DNA of 64,000 nucleotides from the NCBI RefSeq assembly GCF_006345805.1, contig NC_042998.1:61752001-61816000 (forward strand). Direction: 5' to 3'. Of the stretch, positions 51,079 to 64,000 are shown piece after piece (position 1 is the first letter of the stretch; every line of letters begins with the position of its first letter). The notes under the pieces were generated by a model, which saw only the letters and a program-made list of their open reading frames with translations, ran no database searches and was not told the origin of the DNA. This DNA is from Octopus sinensis. Taxonomy: Eukaryota. Made by a program: the position numbers and the translations under genes.

Positions 51079-52119
51079 CATACACACACGCGCCCGCGCG
51101 CGCTGTGTATTCGCACGTGTGATTATCGCTGCAAAAAAAGCCCTGAGTAAATCTTAAAAAGATTGGCTGCGTACGAAATTATTAATATTTTCTGATTGAG
51201 ACATATATTTATTATAAATATCAACACAAGTAATTTATATATATCAAAACATTAAATCGATAAAATTCGTACTCAGCTGCGAAATCTTTTGCCTGTGCTT
51301 AAAAATTCCTTCGTAAAACCAGGTGCGATAAAAAGAAGGCACATGATTGCTCATCTCTCAGGAAAATTTTTAAAAACCTGAAAAACTTAGTTGTTTAACA
51401 ATAGTTTCAAATTGAGCAGGCGTGAGTCAAGTACTTACTTGACTCATGGAAGAGTGTTTTATGCAGCCAAAGGAGGAAAAGGCAAGCTAAAGATGTCTTG
51501 AAATTGGATAAGCTCAGAATTACAACTGTTACTGAGAGGCTAGGAAATAGCCGACTAAGACAATTCAAATAGCAGTATAACAGCAGCACTAAAGAGCAAT
51601 AACTATATAACGACCACAGCTCTGATAGAGCGGAAAAGACAAGAGTTCATCTGCTTTATGTTCTCATCGGACCTCAAATTAGCATTCTTGATACCATCGT
51701 TACACAGAAACGCAGAAAGGATGACAGGGATGGCGACTTTGACATGAGTAACAGATGATCCTCTGGTTCTACTGCACCACACGGGAACATACCTGAAATC
51801 AAAGCCATATTTGAGAGACTTGCCAAGGAAGAAGACACCAGCACTGATGGCCCTACCACCACCAATGTCAACAACCAAAAAGACGAAAGAGCTAAAAAGG
51901 GAAAAAAGGATTATGATAGAAGTAAAAAATAAAAGAGATCCCCCAAGTAAAACAACGGGAAAGGGAAACAAGTCAGAAGTCAATATGCAAAACAAAAATA
52001 GTTTGGAAGCGCATACACTTGTGTGAATTCTACATGCGCGATGAATGCCACTTCCTGCAGTCATAATGCAAACCATATGCCACAATTTTGTGCTAGAGAG
52101 CAAGGCCAGAGAGAAAGCG

Positions 52120-53030
52120 AGATTCGCAGAGAGATAAATGTTCTTATGAGACGGCGTACAAAAATTGCAAACCGCGTCAACAAAAAACTCAACGGCAGTG
52201 AAATTCTCGCCTGGAAACAGCACTGTTCGAGATTGAGAAACATCTTAAATATTCCCATGAAAAAGAAAGAATAGACAAAGAAGCGTGGATTATAAAAAAT
52301 ATAAAATCAAACCCTAAAGCCTTCTTTAAGTAGCCAAGGAGACTGCCTCTGTGCGTTGGAAGGTAGGGTCACTCCTCCATAAAGATGGTCCCATCACGGG
52401 AAACCCAATGAGGATAAGTGAAACACTGAATGAACAATTCAAAAGTGTTTTCATCCCACCCTTACAGCATACGCAAACCTGTTGAATTCTTTACCACTAC
52501 TGAAGCAGAAAGGAAGCAGTAACAATTGATTGCATCAACATCAAAGAAGAGGATTTAGCACTGGCAATAGATAGCGTGGACACAAACTCAGCTGCTGGCT
52601 CCGATGGATCCTCAAGAATCCTTCTCAAGTCATGTATACGAGTCCTTGTAAAACCACTGTAACTTCTTTATCAGAGCTTCCTTACAAATGGTGAGCTCCC
52701 GGGCAGACTGAAGGAGGGAATAATATGACTTCTTCATAAAGGAGAAAGAAGAGCAGATACTAAAAACTCGGGCTTCAAGGGCCCACAGTATCCTCCCACA
52801 AAGCCTGAGAGACCTACATGACATGAATGTAGGAGTCTTCAAAACAAAACTGGATCTCCGTATGTCAAGAGTTCCGATTGAAGCTACCTCGCGGCAAAAA
52901 ACGCAGATGAGGACAGCAATATCAAATTCTCCCATTCACCAAATACCACACATCAGAGGAGGTATAATGAAAGTGTAGCAAAGCAAACGATGTTTCCCCA
53001 GCATGGGCGCAGCTCACGGGCTGAAACTAG
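52120..53030 (+). mobile_element. LINE (CR1/L2-like) remnant with the RT core deleted
   Basis: NPKAFF, ETLNEQFKSVF, SAAGSDG, KPL, II.LLHKG joined directly to the 3' PQSLRDL..VFKTKLD segment. Confidence 0.7.
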
Positions 53031-53031
53031 A

Positions 53032-53112
<81 letters not shown>

Positions 53113-53175
53113 CATATATATATATATATTTCAAAATGTAACCACGTGTGAATCTTGGACTTTCCTCTGTCTCCA

Positions 53176-53210
53176 GTTTCTAAAGAAGAGCTTTGCTCGA
53201 AACTTAAAAC
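53176..53210 (+). ncRNA. Minimal hammerhead-like motif (degenerate core)
   Basis: GUUU CUAAAGA A GAGC UUU GCUC GAAA CU UA AAAC. Stem I G-C versus C-G covariation relative to 47489. Confidence 0.5.
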
Positions 53211-53340
53211 CACTTTTCCTTTCTTCCCTGGGTGTCTGCTAATACTTTGCATGTACCACGTCCTCGCGTTGTTTTTTTTTTTTCTTGTGTTAGTTCTTCG
53301 GCTTTGGGGATTTACGATATATGTGGTGTGTGTGTGTGTG

Positions 53341-53378
<38 letters not shown>

Positions 53379-53496
53379 ATGATTCAAAGCGAAACAAAAA
53401 TCAAAAGACAGAGACATGTTAGGGAACAGCAAGCAGGTTGTATTAATTTGATGTGTGTGTATGTGTGTGTGTGTTTATGTATGTTTTATGTACTAT

Positions 53497-53812
53497 GAAG
53501 GCGCGTGGTTTAGTGGTTAGGGCATTCCGCTCATGATCGTAATGTCGTGAGTTCAATTCCCGGCGACGCGTTGTGTCCTTGAGCAAGACACATTATTTCA
53601 CGTTGCTCCAGTCCACTCAGCTTGCAGAAATGTGTAGTACCTGTATTTTGAAGGGGCCAGCCTTGTCACACTCTGTGTCACGCTAAATCTCCCTGAGAAG
53701 TATGTGAAGCGTGTCTGTGGAGTGCTCAGTCACTTGCACGTTAATTTCACGAGCAAGCTGTTCCGTTGATCGTATCAGCTGGGAACCTCGTCGTCGCAAC
53801 CGACGGAGTGCT
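53497..53812 (+). mobile_element. SINE family C
   Basis: tRNA-like head ggcgcgtggtttagtggttaggg..gagttcaattccc. Confidence 0.85.
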
Positions 53813-54363
53813 CCTTTTTAGATTTATGTACTAGTTTATCATATGTTTTCTTATATATTTATATCTAAATTTATCCGTTTATGGTTTTTATTTATATCTG
53901 ATTACCTATTTACAAACTATAAATTATTTGTATAGAAATTTGTCATTCATTCATATTAAAATTCAGTTATCGCCTTCAAAAACCAGGTAACGTTTGTGTA
54001 AACTGGTCGCTGCCAGGTAGAATAAGAAGAAAAAAAGAACATAATCAGTCTCCTGTAACTTACAGCATCAACAGGGAGTGTTGTGTGGTTAAGAAACAGA
54101 GAAATACATATATGTAATATAAGCTAATCAAATACGGCATCAAAAAACATCTACACATGTATACAGATGCACGTCTATTTAGCTATATATCCATCCAGCC
54201 ATTATATATATATACATATACACAAGCATATAGCGTGTGTGTATGTATGTATATGACATTAAGATGCATGCATATGGCTAGCTATCGTGTGTGTTTGTGC
54301 GTGTGTATACATATAGCATCTGTGTATGTATGTATTTATAAAATAAATCTATATCCCTTTATC

Positions 54364-54444
<81 letters not shown>

Positions 54445-54531
54445 GCTTCCATTTCCTGAGCGCCTATTAATAATAATACTGTAATTGTCCCATTGTTGTT
54501 GTTTTTTTGTTTCCCTTTGGATTAAAATTAT

Positions 54532-54577
<46 letters not shown>

Positions 54578-54840
54578 ATATATATCAACCTATTTACCTA
54601 CCTACCTCACCCCCCAAAAGTAAAAACAATGTTTCCTCTTCTAAAGAAGACACCCTAAAAACACATACACACACACAAACACACACTATATATATATAGT
54701 TAATCCAAACATGAAAAGACAAAGAGAAAACACAACAACGCGAGGACGTGGAACAAATATAGTATTATTGGACGCTCAGGAGCGGATATATACGTCCTCG
54801 CGTTGTTGTGGTTTTTTGTGCTTTCATGTTTGGATTAACT

Positions 54841-54913
<73 letters not shown>

Positions 54914-56205
54914 GGACAAGCTCTTTGTACATTCCCAAAATTCTATTTGACAAGTTCGAGAAACGAACGAAAGCATATATGCATATATGCATTCATACAC
55001 ACACGCCTACGTACATACTATATCACTCGCCATATTTGTGCAACAAATAAGCCTATTATATACGACACTTACGTCTCTTTAATGCCGACGGTGCATACTT
55101 CTTTACGCTGTGCGCGCTTTACATTAAATGCATTGATACTTCGAGATATTTTGGTATACATCACGTGGGACACTTACAATGAGTATACGCCATATGTATT
55201 TGTATTTGTGCGCGTCTCTGCTTTTGTGTGTGTGTGTGCATACGTGTACATGTACTTGCATAATTACATATGCATATGTTTGCAAAATTATCCATACACA
55301 CACACACGCACACATACACATAAGTGCCGCTTTTGTTTATAAACTGACTCTATAAGGCATAGAGTAAGTTGACACTTCACCCGTTTGGATTTCATTTTTG
55401 TTTATAGCTTACTGGATATCTTTCACTGGATAACCCGTAATTTATTCCTAAGTATTCTCCTTTGTGTGTGTGTCTTTTTTAAAATTTATTCAGATCTTAT
55501 ATCATCATCGTTATCATTATCAATATTTCCTTGTTTGTTATCTGTGATGTAATCCTTCCTTTCTACAGAGAAGAAGCATATCCTTTTGATTTGTTTTTGT
55601 ACTTATTTTTTTGTTTATTTTTCTGTAAGAGCAGTGTCTCTCAATAAGTTTTATTTTCGTGACGGAAGAGAATCTTCGAAGCTGTTTAAGTGGTTATACC
55701 ATTTAACTTCCCATCATAAATTACGAGTTTTGAAACTCATCGCCGGCGCAGTATTTGATACCATAAAAAACGCACGGCCATATTTGACGCACCGCAATTT
55801 CATCAGCATATAGTCGGGGGGAAAAGTCTTTAATGCAATTAGATCAGCGGTTTTCAACCGGGGTCAGTATGACCCTCGCGATATACTCGTCAGAATTTTA
55901 GAAAAAAATCTTTTTATTTATTCATTATTATTAATGCTTTCGTTCGTTTCTCGAACATGTCAAACGGAATTTTGGGAACGTACAAAGAGCTTATTTAATT
56001 ATATAAAACCGATGTTTTAGGTGGGGGTTGTTTAGAAGAAGAGAACATTGTTTTGTTTTTGGAGTGAGGTAGGTAGGTAGATAGGTTGGTAGATAGATAG
56101 ATATAGAGAGATAAAGAGAGAGAGAAACAGATAAAGGAATATAGATGATGTTACAATTCACATGCATGCATCTTGATGTCATATACATACACACACGCTA
56201 TATGC

Positions 56206-56268
<63 letters not shown>

Positions 56269-56589
56269 CATATATACATATATATATATATACATATATA
56301 TATAATGGCTGGATGGATATATAGCTAAATTGACGTGCATCTATATACATGTGAGATGTCTTTTGATGCCACAATTTCATCAGCATATAGTCGGGAATAG
56401 GGGGAGTCTTTAATGCATTAGATCAGTGGTTTTCAACCGGGGTCTGTATGACCCTCACGAGGTTCATAGAAGGTTTTGTTAAGATTCTTGTGCAATTAAT
56501 TCGCTCTGCTTTTATAATACATTTTTACACTTAATAACAATTTTTTTATAGAATTCCTGATATTCTTTCCTACTCTAGGCACAAGGGGG

Positions 56590-56967
56590 AAATTTGGGGG
56601 GAGATGGGGGGGCAGTCGATTAGATCGACTCCAGTACGCAACTGATACTTAATTTATCGACCCCGAAAGGATGAAAGTCAAAGTCGACCTCTGCGGAATT
56701 TGAACTCAGAACGTAGCGACAGACGAAATACCTATTTCTTTATTACCCACAAGGGGCTAAACTTAGAGGGGACAAAGAAGGACAGACATAGGTATTAAGT
56801 CGATTACATCGACCCCAGTGCGTAACTGGTACTTAATTTATCGACCCCGAAAGGATGAAAGGAAAAGTCGACCCCGGCGGAATTTGAACTCACAACGTAA
56901 CGGCAGACGAAATACCGCTAAACATTTCACCCGCCGTGCTAGCGATTCTGTCAGCTCGCCACCTTGG
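56590..56967 (-). mobile_element. Two nested family A SINEs
   Basis: Two cggggtcgataaattaagta cores on the minus strand. Confidence 0.85.
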
Positions 56968-57039
56968 CAAGTATCAATAATAATGTTTAAATAATAATTA
57001 TTATTAGGGAGTCAAGCTAAGGAGAAGGGATCGTCTTCA

Positions 57040-58310
57040 TTAAAATTAGCCAACAGAAGGGAGCGTCCAGGAAAGAATAAGCTTATGGGAAATTCATCTT
57101 CGCATACAGGATCTGGGGTGATTTTTGAGACGAATCTTTTTTTTTTTTTTAATGTGTCTTATATCTCATCAGATACGATAAGTATTAATTTACGAGAAAC
57201 TAGATTTATAATAATCCCAGTAAAGTCTTGGATAGTTTATAGAAATATTAAAGTTAACCCATTATGATACATTTGCAGCGTGGTAGGTGTATATAAGCCA
57301 TTTAAAAACACACAAAAACCGTTAGATTCATTTAGGCATTTAAATTTAATTTGCCAAAATATTTTCGTCGCTTTGAGACCGTGACCTGTTCGCAGACAAA
57401 ATTCCGTATCGATACTAAGGCGGCGAGCTGGCAGAAACGTTAGCACTGTGGGCAAAATGCTTAGCAGTATTTCGTCTGTCTTTACGTTCTGAGTTCGAAT
57501 TCCGCCAAGGTTGACTTTGCCTTTGCCTTTTATCCTTTCGGGGTCGATAAATTAAGTACCAGTTGCGTACTGGGTCGATTTAATTGACTGGCCTCCTCCT
57601 CCAAAATTTCGGGCTTTGCGCCTAGAGTAGAAAAGATTATTTTTACCGATACTAGGAGGATAAAAGACAAGGTTGATCTCGGTGAGCTATGTGATAAAGA
57701 AATTCGCTGGCAACCACGTGTGTTTGGGTTCAGTCTCACCGCGCGGTACTTTGGATAAGCGTCTTCTACTATAAACCTGAATCGACCAATCTTTTGTGAG
57801 TAGATTTGGTAGCTGGAAACTGTGTGGAAATCCGTTGTATACATACGTACACACACACACACATGTATGGTGTGTGTGTGTCCATGTTTACGTCTCCATT
57901 ATTAACAGTTCGGCAAAAGAGACCGATAGAATGAATATCAAGCTTTAAAAATACAATTGCAGCGTGGAAGGTCGTGGTCTCAAAGCGACGAAAATATTTT
58001 GACAAATTAAATTTAAATATTGAAGAGCATCTAACGGTTTTGTGTGTTCTTAAACGGTTTATGAACATCTTCCATGCTGCAATTGTTTCTGTTTCAGCAA
58101 ACGATCCCAGATCAGGTCACTTGCTATGCGCGTACATCTCCGTAATTTAATACTACTCGTAAATTAATACTTATCGTATCTGATGAGATATAAGACACAT
58201 TTAAAAAAAAAAGATTCGTCTCAAAAATCACCCCAGATCCTGTATGCGAAGATGGATTTCCCATAAGCTTATTCTTTCCTGGACGCTCCCTTCCGTAGGC
58301 TAATTTTTAA
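57040..58310. mobile_element. Foldback-type element with long TIRs and two SINEs in the centre
   Basis: 57046-57208 is the reverse complement of ~58155-58303, and ~57305-57390 of ~57970-58050. SINE A at 57417-57635 and SINE B at 57690-57945. Confidence 0.7.
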
Positions 58311-58980
58311 AAATACTGTTCGACAAAAATTTTTCAAGTAGAAGATAACGATAAAACATATAGAATGTAACTAAATAAATACTGCAGTTCTTTGGTCTGA
58401 TGCTTTTTACGATTCTTTCTGGCAATCCACCAAACATGGAATGCCTGTATTTTTTTCTCGACAACTCATAATCATAGATATTCATAAAAATATTAGTTAT
58501 TTCGAGTGCTTAATTCTCGTAACTTTAGATAAGATTGAAACAGAAGTCGTGGCGTTCATTATCTTTTCCTAATATGTGAATTAAAATTCTCCAACCCAGA
58601 AACTGAAACTATGTCGCTGACGCCCTTTACTGGGGAACTCGCTTTTTCTCTGAGACAACCAGGGAATATTAATGAGGTTGCTTAGTTTTTCGAAAAATAA
58701 GAACTGAACTATCTCAGATTAATCTCACCAAAATAAAGTACCAGTCATGTATTGGGACAGTTTTAATTAATTAACCTCCGCCCCTCAGAGATGATTTCTG
58801 AAAAGACAGTCAACGTCGACCTACGACGAACAGCCGACGATGACGACGACAAAGCATATTGAATGCTGTCAATATATATGTGCTTACTTATACACGCACA
58901 TACACAGACACACACATATAAGGATTATGACGAAATAGTATTACCTTTAATTCGCATTTATAATAAATACAGTCTCAAAT

Positions 58981-59066
58981 AGACCTACATATGTTTCGGC
59001 TGCATCGGTTAGAAACCGTTTCAATCCCAACTTTTCTATCATAGCGGTGTAATTTCTTCAGGGTCT
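58981..59066 (-). ncRNA. Type I hammerhead, decayed long stem II
   Basis: AGACC CUGAAGA ... GAAA CAUAUG UA GGUCU, directly 3' of a PLE GIY-YIG remnant. Confidence 0.6.
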
Positions 59067-59069
59067 TCA

Positions 59070-59800
59070 CTGTAATATCATTTGAGATTTAACAGGTTGA
59101 AGTTTTATATTGATTTTCTTTGCGTTCAGTGAAGTAGAGTCGGTAAAATTTGGTAAAATTGTTCTATACATGGGCACATTTATTAGTTCCTGGTTTATAA
59201 AGTTTTGCAGTACTAATTAATTCCCTAGTTGATGATATAGTGTTTGTTTCTCTCTTTAACAGACCAGATTAACCTACTTAGACTTGTTTGGAAGTTTTCA
59301 TTTTTATCTTTAAATGTATTTAAGTAATTAGCCAGTCTTATTATGAATTGTGTGAAGTTGCACAGACATAAAATTATTCATTTCTCTCACATGTAACTTT
59401 GCATCTATATATTACATTTTTAGTTTTACATTTATTATTAACAGAACACGAGTCTTGTTTTGAACAATTGCAGAAATGATTTTTATATTTCTCTCAGATT
59501 TCGTAATAATTTGATCGTTCGTCGTGAAACCAAATTCGTTTTTACTAAGTTCTTTATTACCATTAACTCTTTCACATAACGTTGTATTTGTTCTATTTAT
59601 AGCGGAATTTTTATTCGATTCTACGTTATTAATTTAATCTGGCTTACTTCCCTTTCCGTGCCTGTTAAATTCTAAGCGTTTTCTTCCATTTGAGTTCTTT
59701 ATTCGGTTTGACATCATTCTGAATATTTACTTTCCCACTCTGATTAGAATAGCTTTTTTGAATTTTCGATATTATTTTTTCGTTATGAGCTGCTATTATT
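59070..59800 (-). mobile_element. PLE GIY-YIG remnant (Neptune-like)
   Basis: CKTKNVIYRC..TSLSRLIWSVKE..AKLYKPGTNKC, with stops. Confidence 0.7.
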
Positions 59801-59804
59801 TGTG

Positions 59805-59853
<49 letters not shown>

Positions 59854-60013
59854 ATATATATATGATATATATATATTATATAAAATTATATATATATATA
59901 TTGGATATATAGATTACGTAGATTACCAAAAAACGCACCACCGGAAGGAACCAACCTAGATATCTGCCTGGATATTATATCTCTCCTTTTACTATATATA
60001 TATGTCTGTGTGC

Positions 60014-60050
<37 letters not shown>

Positions 60051-60169
60051 CCTTTACTCTTTTACTAGTTCCATCTGGAGAGCCGTAGCCATGCTGGGGC
60101 ATTGCTAATTGGTGTTGTTCTCTCATTTGCGCTTCTTGCTGTGAAATTGGCTCATCTGTGACTCTTAGC

Positions 60170-61130
60170 CTTAATTTCGTTCAAAGTAGAATCTTCTGAC
60201 TTCGATGTTCTTCTTGTAGTGCTCCAGCCATTTCGAGAAAGCTCCCTAGAAGGCCTCCAAAAGGAAGATGTTCAGGATCCTTGTCAAAGCTGCCTTCATC
60301 TCCTAAGCGACAGCGCTGAGGTTCTCCTTCAGCTTGGGGAATAACCGAAAGTCATAGGAAGCAAGAAAAGTCTGAACTGTAGGGATGTTGAGGGACAGAT
60401 TTCATGCTCATTATCTCTGCCAAATAATTGGTTACTAGGATCACGGAGCACAAACCTTGCACAAATTTCATACATGTTCAGATCTTCATGAATAATTCTG
60501 TGTACAATCTCCACACCTGCTCGAAACTGAAAGCGCATGACTCAGTGGTTAGAGCGTCGAGCTCACAATCATGAGGTAGTGAGTTCGATTCCTGGACCGG
60601 GCTTTGTGTTGCGTTCTTTATCAGAACTTTATTTCACGTCGCTCCAGTTCACTCAGCTGTAGAAATGAGCTGTGACGTGCCAAGCTGTATCGGCTTGAGG
60701 TGCCAAGCTGTATCGGTCCCTTTGCCTTTCCCTTGGATAACATCGGTGGTATGGAGACGGGACACTGGTATGCATAGACGTCTGTTGGTCTTCCATAAAC
60801 AACCATGCTCAGAACTGTACCTCGGAGCGGAACTTTCTAGGTGCAATTCCATGGTCATTCGTGACTGAAGGGAATCTTTATCTTTTCTCTTGAAACTGTA
60901 TGCTTATTGTCTTTCTAGACACACGACAGTCTTCATACAGAAAATTACTCATTTTCTCAATCAGCTCCGATGTTCTGACATTCCTCTCCCTCCCACACTT
61001 CCCATCGTCTCTCACTTTTCTTCTATCGTCTTTGAACCGCTTGTACTCGCGAAAAAGTTGAACCATAAACAGTGTTTATTGCATCGCGAGTTTCCAGAAG
61101 TCCTGACTGCATTCTGAAAACTAGTCAGCT
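60170..61130 (-). pseudogene. Mariner transposase remnant split by a family C-like SINE (60532-60880)
   Basis: VHRIIHEDLNM..ICARFV, PQHPYSSD (YSPD-like), DFRLFPKLK, KWLEHY..IEV..FYFE. Confidence 0.75.
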
Positions 61131-62258
61131 GTGACAAGCCATGTTTAGCAGGGTGTGTTCAAAAGACTGCTACAGCCGTCTCTTTCAATTTGGAATAACA
61201 ACACTTGGCAGGTCAGATTATTAGATGCATAGTAGTGATATAGTAAAATCATAATAATGTAGGACAGTTATAACTGCCTCTCCTAAAAGTGTCTCAAAAC
61301 ATCTGGATTGCGCCGTGAACAAGGATTAATCTTCTCTCTTCGCTCTTTTACGCCATTTGGGCTCAACTCTCCTCCCCTCTTCATCTAAACTCCTCCTCTT
61401 GCCCCTCTCCCCCTCCCTCTTACTTCCTCCCACCCAACTCTCATCTCTTGCCCCGACTCCTACTTCTCTTCACTCCTACTTCTCTTCATTCCTACTTCTC
61501 TTCACCCCTACTCTCGTTCCCTCTTCTCTCTTACACTCTTCCTCTCTTCTCTCTTCCTCTCTTCTCTCTTTCTCTCTTCTCTCTTAATCTCGTTCCCTCT
61601 TCTCTCCCTCTTTCTCTCTTCTCTCTTTCTCTCTTACTCTCTCTCCTCACATACCCACCTTCCCCTTCCCCCTTCATTGACAACCCTCCCCCATAAGCCC
61701 ACCCCGCCCCTACACATTCCTACTCCACCTTCCCTATCCTTCCCATCCCTCCATCCCATTCCACCACCATATCCCCTACACCCTCTCCCACATAACCCAA
61801 CTCTATCCCCACCCTCTGTCTACCCACAAACACCACCTCTACCCCCACCCTCTGCCTACCCACATACCCCAACTCTACACCAACCCTCAGCCGAACCCAC
61901 ACCTCACCCGTGTTTTCCCCACTCTCACCTCCCCCACCTCCCAACAACATCACACCACGCCACACTACATTACACATCACATCACAACACACCACCCACA
62001 CACCAGCAGTGACCAATTCCCATCCCCACAGTTTCACACCTACACATACATACACGCACACGTCCAGTCCACCAGTCCTCTTTCACACGCACATACCTAC
62101 TCTCTTATACACACACCCACCTTCGTGTTGGGGGGGGGTCATCTTTACTTTGTTATCTCCCCTACTTCTTCGCTCTCCTGTGTGACCCTTCTGTCGCCAT
62201 GATAGATCGTTAGCCACTACACACATTATTTTTCCTCTCCTTGTTTTTTTCTGTGTTC

Positions 62259-62293
62259 CTTTCTGTAGAAGAGCGTAGGCTCGAAACGTAAAG
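62259..62293 (+). ncRNA. Minimal hammerhead-like motif with CUGUAGA core
   Basis: CUUU CUGUAGA A GAGC GUAG GCUC GAAA CG UA AAG. The host repeat 62195-62380 is homologous to 47447-47620. Confidence 0.6.
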
Positions 62294-62492
62294 ACTTTTT
62301 CTATTCCTGAACATTATACTAATACATCTGTTTGTTTTGTACACCATTGCCTTCGTCTTTTGTTTTTTTCGTAAACTCTCCGTATATATATATGTATGTA
62401 TGTGGAGTCATATTTGTCAAAAATAGAAATAAACAGTCTTTGACTGCTATTTCTGATTTTTCGGTATGTGGCTAAGCAACCTGTTGCTCGCC

Positions 62493-62546
<54 letters not shown>

Positions 62547-62575
62547 GAAGTGCTTCCAGAAATTTTGTATGTGTG

Positions 62576-62652
<77 letters not shown>

Positions 62653-62802
62653 CACAGTTGTGTGTATGATTGTGTATAGAAGAATATCACTCAAACAAAA
62701 TCCAACTTTGATTTCCACGTTTTATTTATAATCTTTTAATATAATATAAGATAAGATAATGAAATGATAGAATATATATATTTCATTCCAGAAATTCTGT
62801 AC

Positions 62803-62881
<79 letters not shown>

Positions 62882-63359
62882 GTTTTATTTATTATTTCGC
62901 ACATTACTTAATCATAATTATATGTTTTATCTTATATTTAATCTTTCTATAAGATGTAATTTTTCTAAATGGTATAATTTAATTTTTCATTATTGAATTG
63001 ATAAAAAGTGTTTTTTTTCTAATTTATATATATACACACTCACGCACATATACGTACATAAATACATACATACATACATACATAGATTCATACATACATA
63101 CATACATACATACATACATACATACATACATACATACATACATACAAGCAAAAATACACTGTTGTTGATGTTGAAATTCCAATGAAGGAACGTTGGACCA
63201 AGGTTAGAAATCGGTTCTTTCTCTATTGGCAAGAAATCTTGAAATAAAACTGAACAAAGACATACATACATGCATACTATATACATACATACATACAGAC
63301 AGACAGACAGACAGACAGACATACGTGTGTGCGTGTGCGTGTGTGTGTGTGTGTTTGTG

Positions 63360-63737
63360 GAGGCGCAATGGCCCAGTGGTTAGGGCAGCAGACTCGCGGT
63401 TATAGGATCGCGGTTTCGATTCTCAGACCGGGCGTTGTGAGTTTTATTGTGCAAAAACACCTGAGGCTCCACGAGACTCCGGCAGGAGATGGTTGCGAAC
63501 CCTACTGTACTCTTTCACCACAACTTTTTTTCCCTCTCTCGTCCTGTTTCTGTTGTACTTGTATTTCAAAGGGCCAGCCTTGTCACACTCTATGTCACGC
63601 TGAATTTCCCCGAGAACTACGTTATGGGTACACGTGTCTGTGGAGTGCTCAGCCACGTGCACGCTAATTTCACGAGCAAGCTGTTCCGTTGATTGGCTCA
63701 ACTGGAACCCTCATCGTCGTAACCGACGGAGTGCCGT
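63360..63737 (+). mobile_element. SINE family C
   Basis: Full-length copy with a tRNA-like head. Confidence 0.85.
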
Positions 63738-64000
63738 AGTATATATATATATATATACCTAGTTGTCCGGATTTTTTGCGTTCTTGTCCCATTTTGTATT
63801 TTATTTTGATATATATATATAATATATATACACATACGCGTGTGTGTATGGAGAGGTGTAAACGTGCCTGCTCCAAATATCTATGAAATCTTCAGCATGA
63901 GGTAGAAACGAGGCTGATAAGTATGAAAACTGTAGACAGTTTTGTTTATTTACTTTTATTATTTATTTATTTATTTATTTATCTATTTATTTACGTTAGC

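Noticed and set aside
51603-52223. 206-aa minus-strand ORF
   Set aside because: Hydrophobic antisense reading of an A-rich, probably LINE-associated plus-strand region, with no domain motifs.
63180-63225. ccaatgaagg...ttagaaatcggttc HHR-like motif
   Set aside because: The core lacks CUGA and there is no UH triplet with a paired stem I.

Overview
This is repeat-dominated, AT-rich eukaryotic DNA. It is most likely an octopus genome, inferred from the SINE families and the extreme (TA)n/(TG)n/(TACA)n/(TCTA)n microsatellite load. I found no intact host protein-coding gene. Most ORFs in the supplied track are microsatellite read-throughs or pieces of decayed transposons. Recognisable elements: five Penelope-like element (PLE) remnants (RT and/or GIY-YIG), LINE fragments (CR1/L2-like and an R4-like RLE type), an ORF1-only LINE with a CCHC knuckle inserted into a SINE, hAT and mariner transposase pseudogenes, MITEs, four tRNA-type SINE families, a ~1.3 kb tandem array, and a 48-nt 28S rRNA fragment. 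The main unexplained structure is about 25 hammerhead ribozyme (HHR) motifs, all found by manual inspection. They fall into three groups: (i) type I HHRs with palindromic stem III in PLE terminal repeats; (ii) a ~545 bp tandem satellite with one HHR per unit (retrozyme-like); (iii) three complete motifs and one partial motif, from two families, that fit a non-circularly permuted (pseudoknotted) hammerhead with compensatory changes between copies. The HHR-bearing or PLE-terminal-repeat elements are repeatedly arranged as head-to-head inverted pairs. Caveats: folds were assigned by eye and no activity was tested. Many repeat copies differ by small indels typical of imperfectly polished long-read consensus, so single-base core defects and some palindromes or arrays need read-level confirmation. 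Element boundaries are approximate.
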